A stretch of 60,785 nt of DNA, filler included, from Syncephalis fuscata S228 (Eukaryota; Fungi; Zoopagomycota), in NCBI GenBank assembly GCA_025786725.1. It is 4 parts of 4 records of this genome, joined end to end, with 100 filler letters (N's around TTAATTAATTAA, not from the genome) between each part and the next. Parts side by side here need not be neighbours in the genome. Positions count along the whole stretch, not along the records: positions 1 to 20,946 come from JAHLTZ010000158.1; positions 21,047 to 37,406 come from JAHLTZ010000204.1; 2 more parts are not named here. One strand, written 5' to 3'. The notes below the pieces were generated by a model that was not told the DNA's origin, searched no databases, and worked only from the letters and a program-made list of their open reading frames with translations. Both the position numbers and the translations under genes were made by a program. Positions 12,904 through 24,917 of this stretch are shown piece after piece (the stretch's first letter is position 1; each line of letters starts with the position of its first letter).

Positions 12904-13891
12904 TTACTCAAATATATAAGTTGTAGTTATTCCAGTCACACCGAATCTATTACGAGTAGTTGTTTGATCCTCGATCGATACTTTGGATGTTGTTGTTGGT
13001 TTAGTACGTGGTTTTGTTGCCGTATATGATTCAGGTAACATGTGTAGATTGTATATGTTGTTTACAAGTAATGTAGCCGCTATCGCCCTATACTTTTCAA
13101 TTTAGTACTTTACACGTATGAAAAATTTTAATTTTTACTTACCAATCAACGATATACAGTAAATCACCATTTTCTTTAATTACCTCGGTTGCATTGATGA
13201 TAAAACATAACATATTCGATGCAACTACTAATAGCATTGTAAGCACGCCGTCTTTTGCCAGTTTTTTCCAACATGCTTCTTGGTATCGTTTATAATGACG
13301 ATAAATCACCATAAGGAATATTGCAGAAAATATAATATTGGATGGAAGGTCAAGGGCTATTCGGGCGTATGGAAGATATGATTTGTATTGAATATAGCAT
13401 CCGTGGATTTCACTATATCGGGAAGTTGATGAATATTGTACAATGGTAATGTATATGGGGCCAGGGACAATGATCAGTATAATGCCAATTATTAAAAACC
13501 ATCTTGGACGGCCACATGCAAGGTAGGCACGTTCAAATAGTACAACATTTGTGAGTGCTAATGAAAATGTTGCCCCAACTATTATGGCCCAAATTAATAT
13601 GTGGCAGGATAAGGAACCTAGTGCAAGAGATGGAAAGCCAATAAGCACAAACAGCATTATACCAGTCAGATTTATAGTTAAGCAGCACCATGGAGCGAGT
13701 TTACGCGGATAAGCAGATACTACAAATCCAGCGCGATAAGCATTTCTTAGGAAAATGGACAGCACTATTATACCAAATAATATTTGGAAATTGATTGCTA
13801 GATAGCGTCGCCTTAACGAATCTATTTCATCGCGTGCTTCCCATACAAAATCTATGCTGTTCAAATTTCCTGACAAATCACCTTCTATCAT
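12904..13891 (-). CDS. Multi-pass (~7 TM) membrane protein, paralog 1 (2 exons)
   Basis: Several hydrophobic segments and an intron after ..LLYIVDW; highly similar to the two adjacent copies. A GPCR-like function is inference only. Confidence 0.8.
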
Positions 13892-14503
13892 GTTATTAAT
13901 ATATATATAAATTATCTTTGACTGGAAATTATGTATAATATGAGTGTAGACTACAAAAAAGAAAGGCCTTGCAGGGCTATTAAAAGTGGGTGCAAGGATA
14001 GATTGATGGAAGCAACATGACGCGTGATTGGTATGTAAACGGGTTAGGTGCATGCATATCATACAAGATAAATCAGAATGCTGCAAGCTTAGTGGTTAAA
14101 TCTGACTTAAATACATGTACTAAACGTCTAGTAAAAATCGAGGCTTTGCATAAGCCGTCGTATTAAATTACAGCATAAACTGAATGCACTTAATATAGTC
14201 AAACAGTACAGTTTAAAGTAGATTTTTATTATAAAGATAACCAGCTAAAAGATTTATGTTTAGTTATGTCCGAATATTATTTTATATCTTGTAACTATTT
14301 AAAGCCTATGCTCTATGTATTGTGTAACCTCTGAGTATCATTAAGTGCTGGATTTATGGTCTATTCATAACAATACAATTATAGTATTCATATTACATAT
14401 TATATTTACAAGTGTTAATGAGGCCATGTCAGTATCATTTATATAATATTGAAAACCTTTGCCATAGAATCAATGTATTTAATCAGCGTTTGTTGTTATC
14501 AAA

Positions 14504-15490
14504 TCACTCAAACATATAAGTTGTAGTCATGCCTGTCACTCCAAATTTATTGCGAGTAGTTGTTTGGTTCTCGATCGATACACTGGATGTTGTTGTGGGT
14601 TTAGTACGTGATTTTGTAGCCGTGTATGATTCAGGTAACATGTGTAGATTGTATGTATTATTTACAAGTAATGTGGCCGTTAATAACCTATACTCTTCGA
14701 GTTAATACTTAACACGTATAAAGTGTTTAAAGTTTACTTACCAATCAGCAACATACGTTAGATCACTGGTTTCCTTAAATACATTGGTTGCATTGATAAT
14801 AAAAGATGCTATATTTGATGCAATTATCAATAGCATTGTAAGCACGCCGTCTTTTGCCAGCTTTTTCCAACATGCTTCTTGGTATCGTTTATACTGACGA
14901 TAAACCACCATACTAAATATTGCAGAAAATATAATATTAGGCGGAAGGTCGAGGGATAGCCGAACATATGGAAAATATGATTGATATTTAAAATAACATC
15001 CATGTGTTTCATTGTATCTGGGAGTTGATGAGTACCATACATTAATTACGTATGCGGGGCCGGAACCACCAACCATTATAGCGCCTAATATTAAAAACCA
15101 CATTGGACGATTATATGCAAGATAGGCACGTTCAAATAATATAACATTTGTAACTGATGATGAAATTGTCACTCCGGCTATTATAGCCCAACCTAACGTG
15201 TTGCAAGATGCGATACCCAGTGCAATAGATGGAAGGGTAATAAATACCGACAGTAATACGCCAACTAAATTTATAACTAAACAGCACCATGGTGCGATTT
15301 TATGAGGATAATTAGCTACTATATATATAGCTCGATAAGTATTTCTTAGAAAAATGACTGCTGCTATTATTGCAAATAATATCTGGTAATTAATTGCCAA
15401 ATAGCGCCGCCGTAACGAAGCCGTTTCATTGCGTGCCATCCATACGAAGTCTGTGCTTCCCAAGCCTCCTGACAGGCTATCTTGTGTCAT
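14504..15490 (-). CDS. Multi-pass (~7 TM) membrane protein, paralog 2 (2 exons)
   Basis: Shares the motifs LRRRYLAINYQILF, LFERAYLA and CWKKLAKDG, and has the same intron position. Confidence 0.8.
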
Positions 15491-15924
15491 GTTATTAATA
15501 TATGAAAGCTAACTTTGAATAAGCAATTATGTATAGTATAAATACAAACTAATAGAGGAAAAGCATTACAAGGCCATGGAAAGTGGCTACAAAGGATGGG
15601 CTGATGGGGGATGACATGATGCATAATTGGCATGCAAACAGGTTTTAAATGAATTTACATTCTTTATATTAAGTAAAAGCGCCCGCAGACCAATGTTTAG
15701 TCTTTGGTTTAAAATATATGTGTTAGGCTTATAGTAAAAGTAATTACAGGTTTAATTAAATGTAAGTTAGATATTGGTTGCTATTTGTCGCTAACCGAAC
15801 TAGTTATAAATTTGTTTTACTCACTAATCTATATGCACAATAACCTCATATTGCTACTTATGTTTTCCCATTCTATATTAGCTTTAATGTATAATATTAT
15901 CTTCTTGCAGAGTTGAAGCCACAG

Positions 15925-16040
15925 AAGTTCAAGATTGGCACAAAATATTTAAGAGTTACTCGGTGTTTGGAAGCTCGTATTTTGAGCCTGCGCTTAGTAT
16001 TATAAAAATATTGTTCGTCGGTTTGACAATAAAATAAAAT
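15925..16040 (-). pseudogene. Decayed duplicate of the 5' end of the SprT gene
   Basis: GATTGGCACAAAAT...GGAAGCTC...GCTTAG...AATAAAATG matches 12720-12830, but the ATG is lost. Confidence 0.7.
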
Positions 16041-16158
16041 GCTTATAACGTTTTTGCTTATTTGCTTTTATATAAACAATTAATGTATTTCATTAAATAG
16101 CTATTCGTACATTTATTAATAGTTCGATAATTAAATTGACAAATAAAGATGTAACAAA

Positions 16159-17142
16159 CTATTCATAAATATAAGTTGTAGTTATTCCAGTCACACCAAA
16201 TCTATTACGAGTGGTTGTTTGATCCTCGATCGATACCTTGGATGTTGTTGTTGGTTTATTACGCAGTTTTGTAGTCCCATATGATTGCGGCATCATATGT
16301 AAATTGTATATGTTGTTTACAAGTAATGTAGCTGTTATTATCCTATATTCCTCGCTTTAGTATTTTACACATAAAGTGTTTCAATTTTACTTACCAATCA
16401 GCAACATACAGTAGGTCACTTGCTTCTTCGAGCATTCTGGTTGCACCTACAATAAAGCATATTATATTCGATGCAACCACTAATAGCATTGTAAGCGCGC
16501 CGTCTTTTGCCAGCTTTTTCCAGCAGTCCTCTTGGTATCGCTTATAATGACGATAGATCACCATACTAAATATTACAGAAAATATAACATTAAATGGGAG
16601 GTCGAGGGATAGTCGAACATATGGAAGATATGCTGGATACTTAAGATAACATCCATGCATTTCATTGTATCTAGGAGTTGATGAGTACCATACAGTAATT
16701 ACGTATGCAGGGCCGGAACCACCAATCATTATAATGCCTAATATTAAAAACCACATTGGGCGATTACATGCAAGATAGGCACGTTCGAATAATACAGCAT
16801 TTGTAATTGCTGATGAATTGTCACTCCGGCTATTACAGCCCAGGCTAACGTGTTGCAAGATGCGATACCCAGTGCAATAGATGGAATACTAATAAATACC
16901 GACAGTAGTACGCCAACTAAATTCATAGCTAAGCAGCACCATGGAGCGAGTTTACGAGAATAAGCAAATACTACATATCCAGCGCGATAAGTATTTCGTA
17001 GTAAAATAAACACCATTATTACACCAAATAATATTTGATAATTGATTGCTAGATAGCGTCGCCTTAACGAATCTATTTCATCGCGTGCTTCCCATACAAA
17101 GTCTATGCTTCCCAAATCTCCTGACAAATCATTTTTTATCAT
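16159..17142 (-). pseudogene. Multi-pass membrane protein paralog 3, with a 1-nt frameshift near 16815 (pseudogene or sequencing error)
   Basis: Split between ORFs 16744-17187 and 16391-16858; GATGAATTGTC here versus GATGAAATTGTC in paralog 2. Confidence 0.7.
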
Positions 17143-17738
17143 GTTATTGATATAGAAACTAACTTTGAATAAAACAGTAATAAACAATATGGATATAGAT
17201 TAATAGAAGGAAAACGTTACAAGGTTACCGAAAACTGCCATAAAGGACAAGCTATCAAAAATCTACATGTCGCGTGATTGATATGTAAACAGGTTTAGGC
17301 GCATGCATATTATACAGGACAAACAGAATGTTGAAGCCTAGTGCATAAAATTTGACGTACGATATACATGCAATTTTATGACAAAAGCATAATTATCAAT
17401 CTGGCTATATTTAATAGCATCCATGCACCTGGAATAGACAATTATTTTACTAAACATGGACTGGATAATAAATGATATCGCTTAGCAAATCATTATGCCA
17501 TAGATACATCATTACCAACATTTTGCATAAGTTATAAGCAAAGTAAATCAAAACTTACCGATAATAAAACAAGAGATAAAAAATAAAAACTGTGAGTAGG
17601 ATAGTACTAGACAAGCATGAAAATGATATATAATAGAGCGAATTACATTGTTAATAATAAAGTTGAGTAAAAGATACATGTGTTTCATATTTCTTATTTA
17701 AAATTATTTTTTTAAAATTATTTTTTAAGCTTTTCACT

Positions 17739-18437
17739 ATGGAATCTACGTTCAATGACCATAACAACGACGAATATGACTACCCGCCAGATGTCATTAT
17801 TCGTGCCGTGCTACGGCGTCAGTTGTCAGACGTACAAACTACGCTGGGCCCATATCTCCATGCAAAAGTCCATCAAATGAATCCTGCGCGATATTTTGAA
17901 ACACTTTTCAGCGAACTGCCCTATGTTCTTGGTGGGTTTGCTTATCCTTGGCTTGACTGGAGGACGGGACGCCAGGATAGCCGCCATACAGCGACAGGTT
18001 CGACCAACAAAGAACTAACTAAGGGCGCGGATGATGCATATTCAGCAATGGTAAGAAAATACACATATTCTTTTATTATCAAAAACTAATAAACTGGTCA
18101 ACTAGTCTGCGTGGAAATCGATTCTAAATGAAGACGATGAGCCGCAATCTCTTTACGATTTGTTTTTGATGAAATGGCTGAACGTAAACAAAATCAATTT
18201 CGTCGTTTCTCTCCTTGGTTTGATACCGAATTTGACGAACGAATTCCTAATAACGTGGATCCGAATGTAATAGAGAAAGATCCACCGTGTAGCATACGAA
18301 TCACTAAAACACAGAATGCCGACGGCGTAAGTGATAAATGGATACGAGTAGATGAGTTTTTAAATTTATTGATTAATAGATTATTGAAACGCGTGAAGAG
18401 ATGCGCTGGGCGGATGGCCGCGAATATGTTACAGTAA
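17739..18437 (+). CDS. Hypothetical protein (intron 18051-18105; probable frameshift near 18165)
   Basis: GC-richer, coding-like sequence with a GT..CTAAT..AG intron and two successive ORFs; no recognised domain. Confidence 0.5.
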
Positions 18438-18829
18438 CGCAAGACAGTAGTAAATAAACAAAGTGTTTTTATTAAACTTATCACCACTATTATTATTATT
18501 ATTTATTATATTGTATACTGAATTTAAGTATTTTGGTCGCTGATATTACTCACTACCCTGGTCTATTTACAATAGAATGCATGTGCAGCTTACTCATATA
18601 AATAATGTCAGATGCAACTATTTAACCTCCAAATAATACTAAATAGGTAATAAATTGTTTATAAAACCAAAATTATAATAACGTTAGATGGCACATAGCA
18701 TAATATGTAACCAACAGGTATGGCAATGCTGCTGCAGTTACTTGAAAATACAAAATGTAAAGTAAAATGAAAAAAAGTATTAATTAGAAACAGCAACCGT
18801 CATTAAAAATGATCATAATAATATTAGCT

Positions 18830-20946
18830 TCTTCAAAATCAACCCGGTATAATATTACTTAATCGTAGACTATCAATAATATGTTTGAAATTCAAAGCAG
18901 CAGCCAAGTCACGATTCTACAATCTTGCACCCGTAAAAAGTTTCATGTTTTTTTACGTTTGATTTGTGCACCTACAAATAATCTAGATGTTAGAATAAAA
19001 TATTTATTTTGTATTTAGTCTATAAATTATAGTATCTTAGAAGCCCATGGCACTTTACTTTTGGATGATTGTGACGCCGATACAAATGTGGATTATCGAT
19101 TATTTTGAATGTTTCTAAACTTCAAGCTTGACAAGTGGGACAGGTTTAAAGCTGTTATACTCATCAATTAAAAGCACATTAAAACCACTCTTTTGAAGCA
19201 TACGCTTCAAGCCAGCACCTTAAATAGGTTTTTTGAAAATTTACACAACTTGCAGACCAGTTACCAAATATTAAAGTAGCATTACTATCAAGCTTGGATT
19301 TAAGCTTATTGATAAGTTTTTGGTCAGCTTGCTGTCGCCTAATGTACGAAGATAGTTTTAGTTTCTGAACAAACAGTTTTGTTTGATAGGATCTATATTT
19401 GTTTGATAAGTGTAGTATGGTGCAGGATATCGGCTGGCAACAGCACAAACGGTGAGATATTCCTCAAAGTTAGATATATTAGCAGATCTGGTTTGACATT
19501 GAGACAATAATTTTTCTTTTCTTTAAACATCGCAATACTTTGCCTTTGATTCAATTCTGATTCTGCGATACTTCTTGTCCCGGTATCAAAATGTTTTTGA
19601 TTTAAAGTGTATCTGTAGGCCATTGGCTCTTGGATGGTGCTGAAGTTATAGTGTGCGTATGAGCAAAATAGCTTTATAAAAATACAACTATTTAACCATT
19701 GAATTACATTAAATAATCATCAAGTTGTAAAATGATCTATTAGCTAATTTATTTGTGAAGGCAATATTGCTAATGAGATAGTGAAATAATACTAGGCAAA
19801 ATCTATATTTAAGTTGTTTAACCTTTAACTGCTCCGTAATATGGAACATAAACGGCACGGTTCGATGGTGGTTCATTGAGCCTTGGATTGGGATCAATTA
19901 CAATATACCCGGAATATGATCATATCTCATCCTTTTGTATATTTTTCGGCGTACTGATTTGTACAGTAATATCGATGATCTGATATGGCTGTAAATTGAT
20001 AAATTCTAGAATGGAGGCAGTTTCAGTTGTGTGTTGCCTTGATGATATATTGCTAGTAGGTCTTGATTTTGGAACTGGAGCATTTGGAATACGTGAAAAG
20101 CTATACGATAGCGATGTAGCAGATAAAGATGAAATTTTGATAGCTACATTTACTACTTTAGCATAACTATATCCTATATTAATTGAAGATGGCTCAACAC
20201 GAGTGTTCTCAGCGCCTATTATTTTGTTAAGATTGATCATGCTGGCCACCTTGATATTTTACAGAAATGTAGGAACTTAAATTGCTGTTTTTAATCGGAA
20301 TTGCATTGTTTTTTTAGTATAGTCTTGATAGATCTAACGTCGATCGAATCATATTGATCAAGTTCAACTATCAATGCCGCTGCACCAGCAACGTGGGTAA
20401 CAGCAGCTGATATATCGCTAAAATGAGATTTGTTTCATTGTTTATAAATGGTAGTAGTGTAAACTTTGTGACTTGGTGCTAAAATGTCAGGATAGTGAGG
20501 CGGTATGGATGGCTTGTTTTGCGATCCAGTTGTAGCGACAGTAATATTGCCATCTGTAATATAGCCATACTTTTCTTTAAAAGCGTATTTATATCCACGT
20601 CCATTCATGCAAACTTTTTTATAAATAAAACATTTTTTTGCTAATACTAAATAAAGGTATGCCACATTCAATTTTCGTTTCCTTTTTTAAATACCATCTA
20701 CAATGATAAACCCAGTTATTTCTGCTGATTTAGCAAGCTGTAGCATGGCCTCTATCTCCGGTTTTATGCCAAACAAGTGCAATACCACCTTTGTTAAGCC
20801 TGTTAAAGTGCTCATTCAAGGTGCCTATAAAATTATTAGGAATAATAGCCATTTCATTATCAAAGTTATATTTCATATTTGAACATGAAGATATAAACTT
20901 AATGCGACGACCAGTTGTTTTTTCTTCAAACCAATGCGATAAATGA
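18830..20946 (-). mobile_element. Degenerate Fanzor (eukaryotic TnpB-like RuvC/Zn-ribbon nuclease) relic, cut at the contig end
   Basis: Motifs appear in order across broken frames: ITDGNITV, IVIDPN (RuvC-I), YRYTLNQK, KLKLSSYIRRQQADQKLINKLK, LIFGNWS, LLIDEY (RuvC-II), CHGLLR-CTN, RL*NRDLAAALNF (RuvC-III). Confidence 0.8.
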
Positions 20947-21046
20947 NNNNNNNNNNNNNNNNNNNNNNNNNNNNNNNNNNNNNNNNNNNNTTAATTAATT
21001 AANNNNNNNNNNNNNNNNNNNNNNNNNNNNNNNNNNNNNNNNNNNN
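20947..21046. other. Artificial contig linker
   Basis: 44 N + TTAATTAATTAA (stops in all six frames) + 44 N. Confidence 0.97.
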
Positions 21047-22458
21047 TTTAACAAATACTGGTGGAAAATGTAACTCAAAAACACAGTATGAAACATGCTT
21101 TTAAGGTTAGTATTAATAATATTGAACTGGTAGTTAATGTTGAAACAAACGTTTTTTATTGAGTAAATACAAACTACTAATAAAACAACTATCAAATAAA
21201 TAAAGTTTAATGCAAACAAAAATTGTTTAATTAATAATATTTTAGATTTTAAATCTAACCAACAAATAAGATTAGATTGATTTAGAGTATTTTGAATATC
21301 AGATATAGCAATCAAACAATTCCGAATTACATAAAGTGTTATTGCTTTGATCAACTTAATTAATTAGCTGGTGTATCAAGCAAGAGGAAGATATGCAAAT
21401 AAAGCCGTCAACATGACATTTGTTATTGATGAACTAAAACAATCTACCCGTAACATTTATTCTTAAATGTTGCAGTAGTCGCACCAATATTCTAATTTAG
21501 AAAAGTTGTAAAATATGGCAAAAAAGCTTAAAAGGGTGCTGTGGCGGATTATTTAAACCGCTTGATTTGTATTAAATCTTATGATATTTTTATTAACTAA
21601 ATAAAAATAAATTTTTCCACAATATTGAGCATGCTATTGGTTGTTTAGTGTGATTTGGCAGTTAAATAGCTATAATAGCCACACATTTAAACAAAATATC
21701 CGCTTTATTGAAGATGAAAATGGGTGTTGAATGTCATTGGTTATTAAATGTTTACTATCATTATTATGTACTGTACATATCTATTCTGTATACACATACT
21801 ATATGTCTGTCTATATCATTAATATTGGAAATTGTAGAAACTATATTAACAAAGGCTAAAAGCTTATTGCTAACTGTATTTTTTTAGCGTATTTTGATTT
21901 ATTTCGTTTATTACTCTTGACCAATTGCATACATTATAGTCTCACTATCACTATTCGCATATCTAATTTGTCTATTTATTTTGTTTTATAATATTTTATG
22001 CTTTATTGCCATGTTTTATTAAAAAAGCGTATTTATTCTAATTTTAGCATAATATTATTTGGCTATATGATAATGATAGCTTTGCTACTATTCATATTAA
22101 TCTATGCCTATAGCTTACACGATATATTTATATACATTTTGTTAATTTACTTATTTTTATTAATGACTGTCAATCATTAGATGTAAATATAACATGATTA
22201 TAGATATAGTTAAGATGAAACCATATGTTTATTACTATAAGTTTGCACAGTTGAATAGAAACAACTAGATGCAAACATGTTGGTAACATAATGATTCCAT
22301 TGATTAAAGACTGGCTAAACCGGAGCATTGGCCAAAACTTGATATATAAATAGACTGGACGGCGTAATTGTCAAATGGTCTTGATTTTCACCGAATATAT
22401 ACCTAAATTGTATTGGAATAGTGGTTTGATTGCACTACCAATGCTGATGTCCTTATGC

Positions 22459-24917
22459 TTATGGATTAGCTGTATTTATAAATAAATATATTACATGTCA
22501 TATAGTTAATGTATAAGTTATCAATATAAAATGCTACTTACGGCCTATTAGTATTAAGTTGTTGATACACATGGCGCATAACATGCAATTAGTAATTAGT
22601 TAATTAATATACAATATCACTTACATCCTATTGATATTAAGTTGTTGGTGGATACAGTACACGGTATATCATTAGTGCATTTTATATTGATATGCGTCAC
22701 AGCTTACTGTCTATCAATATTAAGTTGCCAATGGATACAGTAGACAGCATGTGATTAGTGAGTAACCAGTTAGTATACAATATAACTTACATTCTATTAA
22801 TATTAAGTTATTGATGAACACAATACATGATATATAGTTAATGCACAGTCAGTTAATACGCAACAAAACTTACGACCTATGAATATTAATTTGTTGATGC
22901 ACAAATTAAATAGCATGTGATTAGTACATAGTTGATTAATACAGAATTTTACATACAATCTATTAATATTAAACAATTGGTACAATCAGTAAATAGCAGT
23001 TAATGTACAGTCAAAGAATATAAAATATTACTTACAGCCTATTAATATTAAACAACCATACAATTAGCAAATAGCATAGCTAATATATAGGCAATTAATA
23101 TACAATGTCACTTACAAGCTATTAATAGTAAATAATTGGTACAATCAGTAAATAGCATAGCTAATATATAGTTAATTAATACAAAATTTTACATACAATC
23201 TATTAATATTAAATAATTGTTATAATCAGTAAATAGCAGTTAATGTATAGTCAGATAATATACAATGCCACTTACTAGCTATTAATAGTAAATAATAGAT
23301 ACAATCAATTAATAGTATAGTTAATGTATAGTCAACTAATATATAATATCACTTACACCCTATTAATATTAAATAATCGGTACAATTATTAAATAGAATA
23401 GTTAATGTATATTCACAACGCGCAATACAACTTACAAGCTATCAATAGTAAATAGTTGTTATTATCAGTAAATAGCATAATTAATATATAGTTAGCCAAT
23501 ATACAATACAACTTACGATCTATTGTATTAAACAATCGATACAATTAGTAAATAGCATAGTTAATATATAGTCAGTTAATATACAATATCACTTACTTTC
23601 TATTAATATTAAATAATTAATACAATCAGTAAATATTATAGTTAATATACATTTAGTTGATATATATAATACAACTTACCAGCTATCAATATTAAATAAT
23701 CGATATCATTAGTAAATAGCATAGTTAATATATAGTTAGCCAATATACAGTACAACTTACGATCTATTGTATTAAATAATTGGTACAACCAGTAAATATA
23801 ATAGTTAATATAGTCAGTTAATACACAATACCACTTACGACCTATTAATAAGGTTGTTGATGCATACAATACATAGCACGTAATTAGTGAATAGTCAGCT
23901 AATATATAATATCACTTACAATCTATCAATATCAAGTTATCGATATACATGGTGTATAATATATAATTAGCCAATGCTCACTTAATACACAATGCAACTT
24001 ACTAGCTATTGATATTAAGTTATTGATAAATATAGTACATGATGCATAATTAGTGCATAGTCAGTTAATACGCAATAAAAATTACCCTCTATTATAATAA
24101 ATTGTTGATACACATAGTGTATGGTATATAATTAATTAATAAGTCAGCAACACGCCATACTACTTACGACCTATTAATATCAAGTTATTAATACGCACAG
24201 CACATAATATAATTAGTGAATAGTCAGCTAATGTATAATATCACTTACAATCTATCAATATCAAGTTATTGATATACATGGTGTATAATATATAATTAGC
24301 CAATGCTCACTTAATACACAATATAAATTACCAGCTATTAATATTAAGTTGTTGATATACACGGTGCATAATATATAATTAGTTTATAGTCATTTAATAC
24401 ACAATACAACTTACCATCTATTGTAGTAAGTTATCGATGTATGCAATACATAATATATGATTAATTTATAAGTCATCAATATACAATATCAATTACAGCC
24501 TATTAGTATTAATTTATTGATACACATAGTCCATAGCATGCAATTAGTGAGTAATCAACCAATATACAATATAACTTACAGCTATCTAATATTAAGTTGT
24601 CAATAGATACAATACATAACATATAATTAGCGTATTCTTTATTGGTATATAATATAACTTACTAACTATTAGTATTAAGTTGTTGATACACATAGTTCAT
24701 GGATATAATTAGTGAGTAGTCACAGTTAATACGCAATGCAACTTACAATCTAATAGCATCATTGGTTGGCAATACTTTTAGTAAGCATAATAATATGTCA
24801 TATTTATTGTTATTGCAACATACCACGACGAACTAAGGCTGGATTAGCATTCACGGTGGCTGTGGCGGCCACAAGCGCAATGGCAATGGTGCAAACGACG
24901 GCAATGGAAAGCTTCAT
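22459..24917 (-). CDS. Micro-exon gene B: secreted cysteine-rich peptide precursor (63 aa; 30 exons, 28 micro-exons)
   Basis: Exon 1 (24917-24824) encodes MKLSIAVVCTIAIALVAATATVNANPALVRR+G, followed by GTATGT. Micro-exons in coding sense are ATT, TTA, ATAGCT, GCT, ATG, CTG, ATT, GTC, AGG, CTA, ATT, GTC, ATC, CTG, AAA, ATC, CTT, GGT, CTA, ATT, CTT, GCT, ATT, GTC, AAT, ACA, GAT, GCC (first at 24747-24749, last at 22542-22544). The last exon starts at 22469 (CT AAT CCA TAA). The mature region DFNSCYADCQANCHPENPWSNSCYCQYRCPNP has no internal stop. Confidence 0.88.
22470..24823 (-). repeat. Array of ~80-bp intron/micro-exon units (29 introns)
   Basis: On the + strand it recurs as CTTAC-NNN-CTAT every ~80 bp. 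Confidence 0.95.

Noticed and set aside
20991-21002. TTAATTAATTAA palindrome as a biological site
   Set aside because: It is identical in all three gaps and centred in N runs, so it is an artificial linker.
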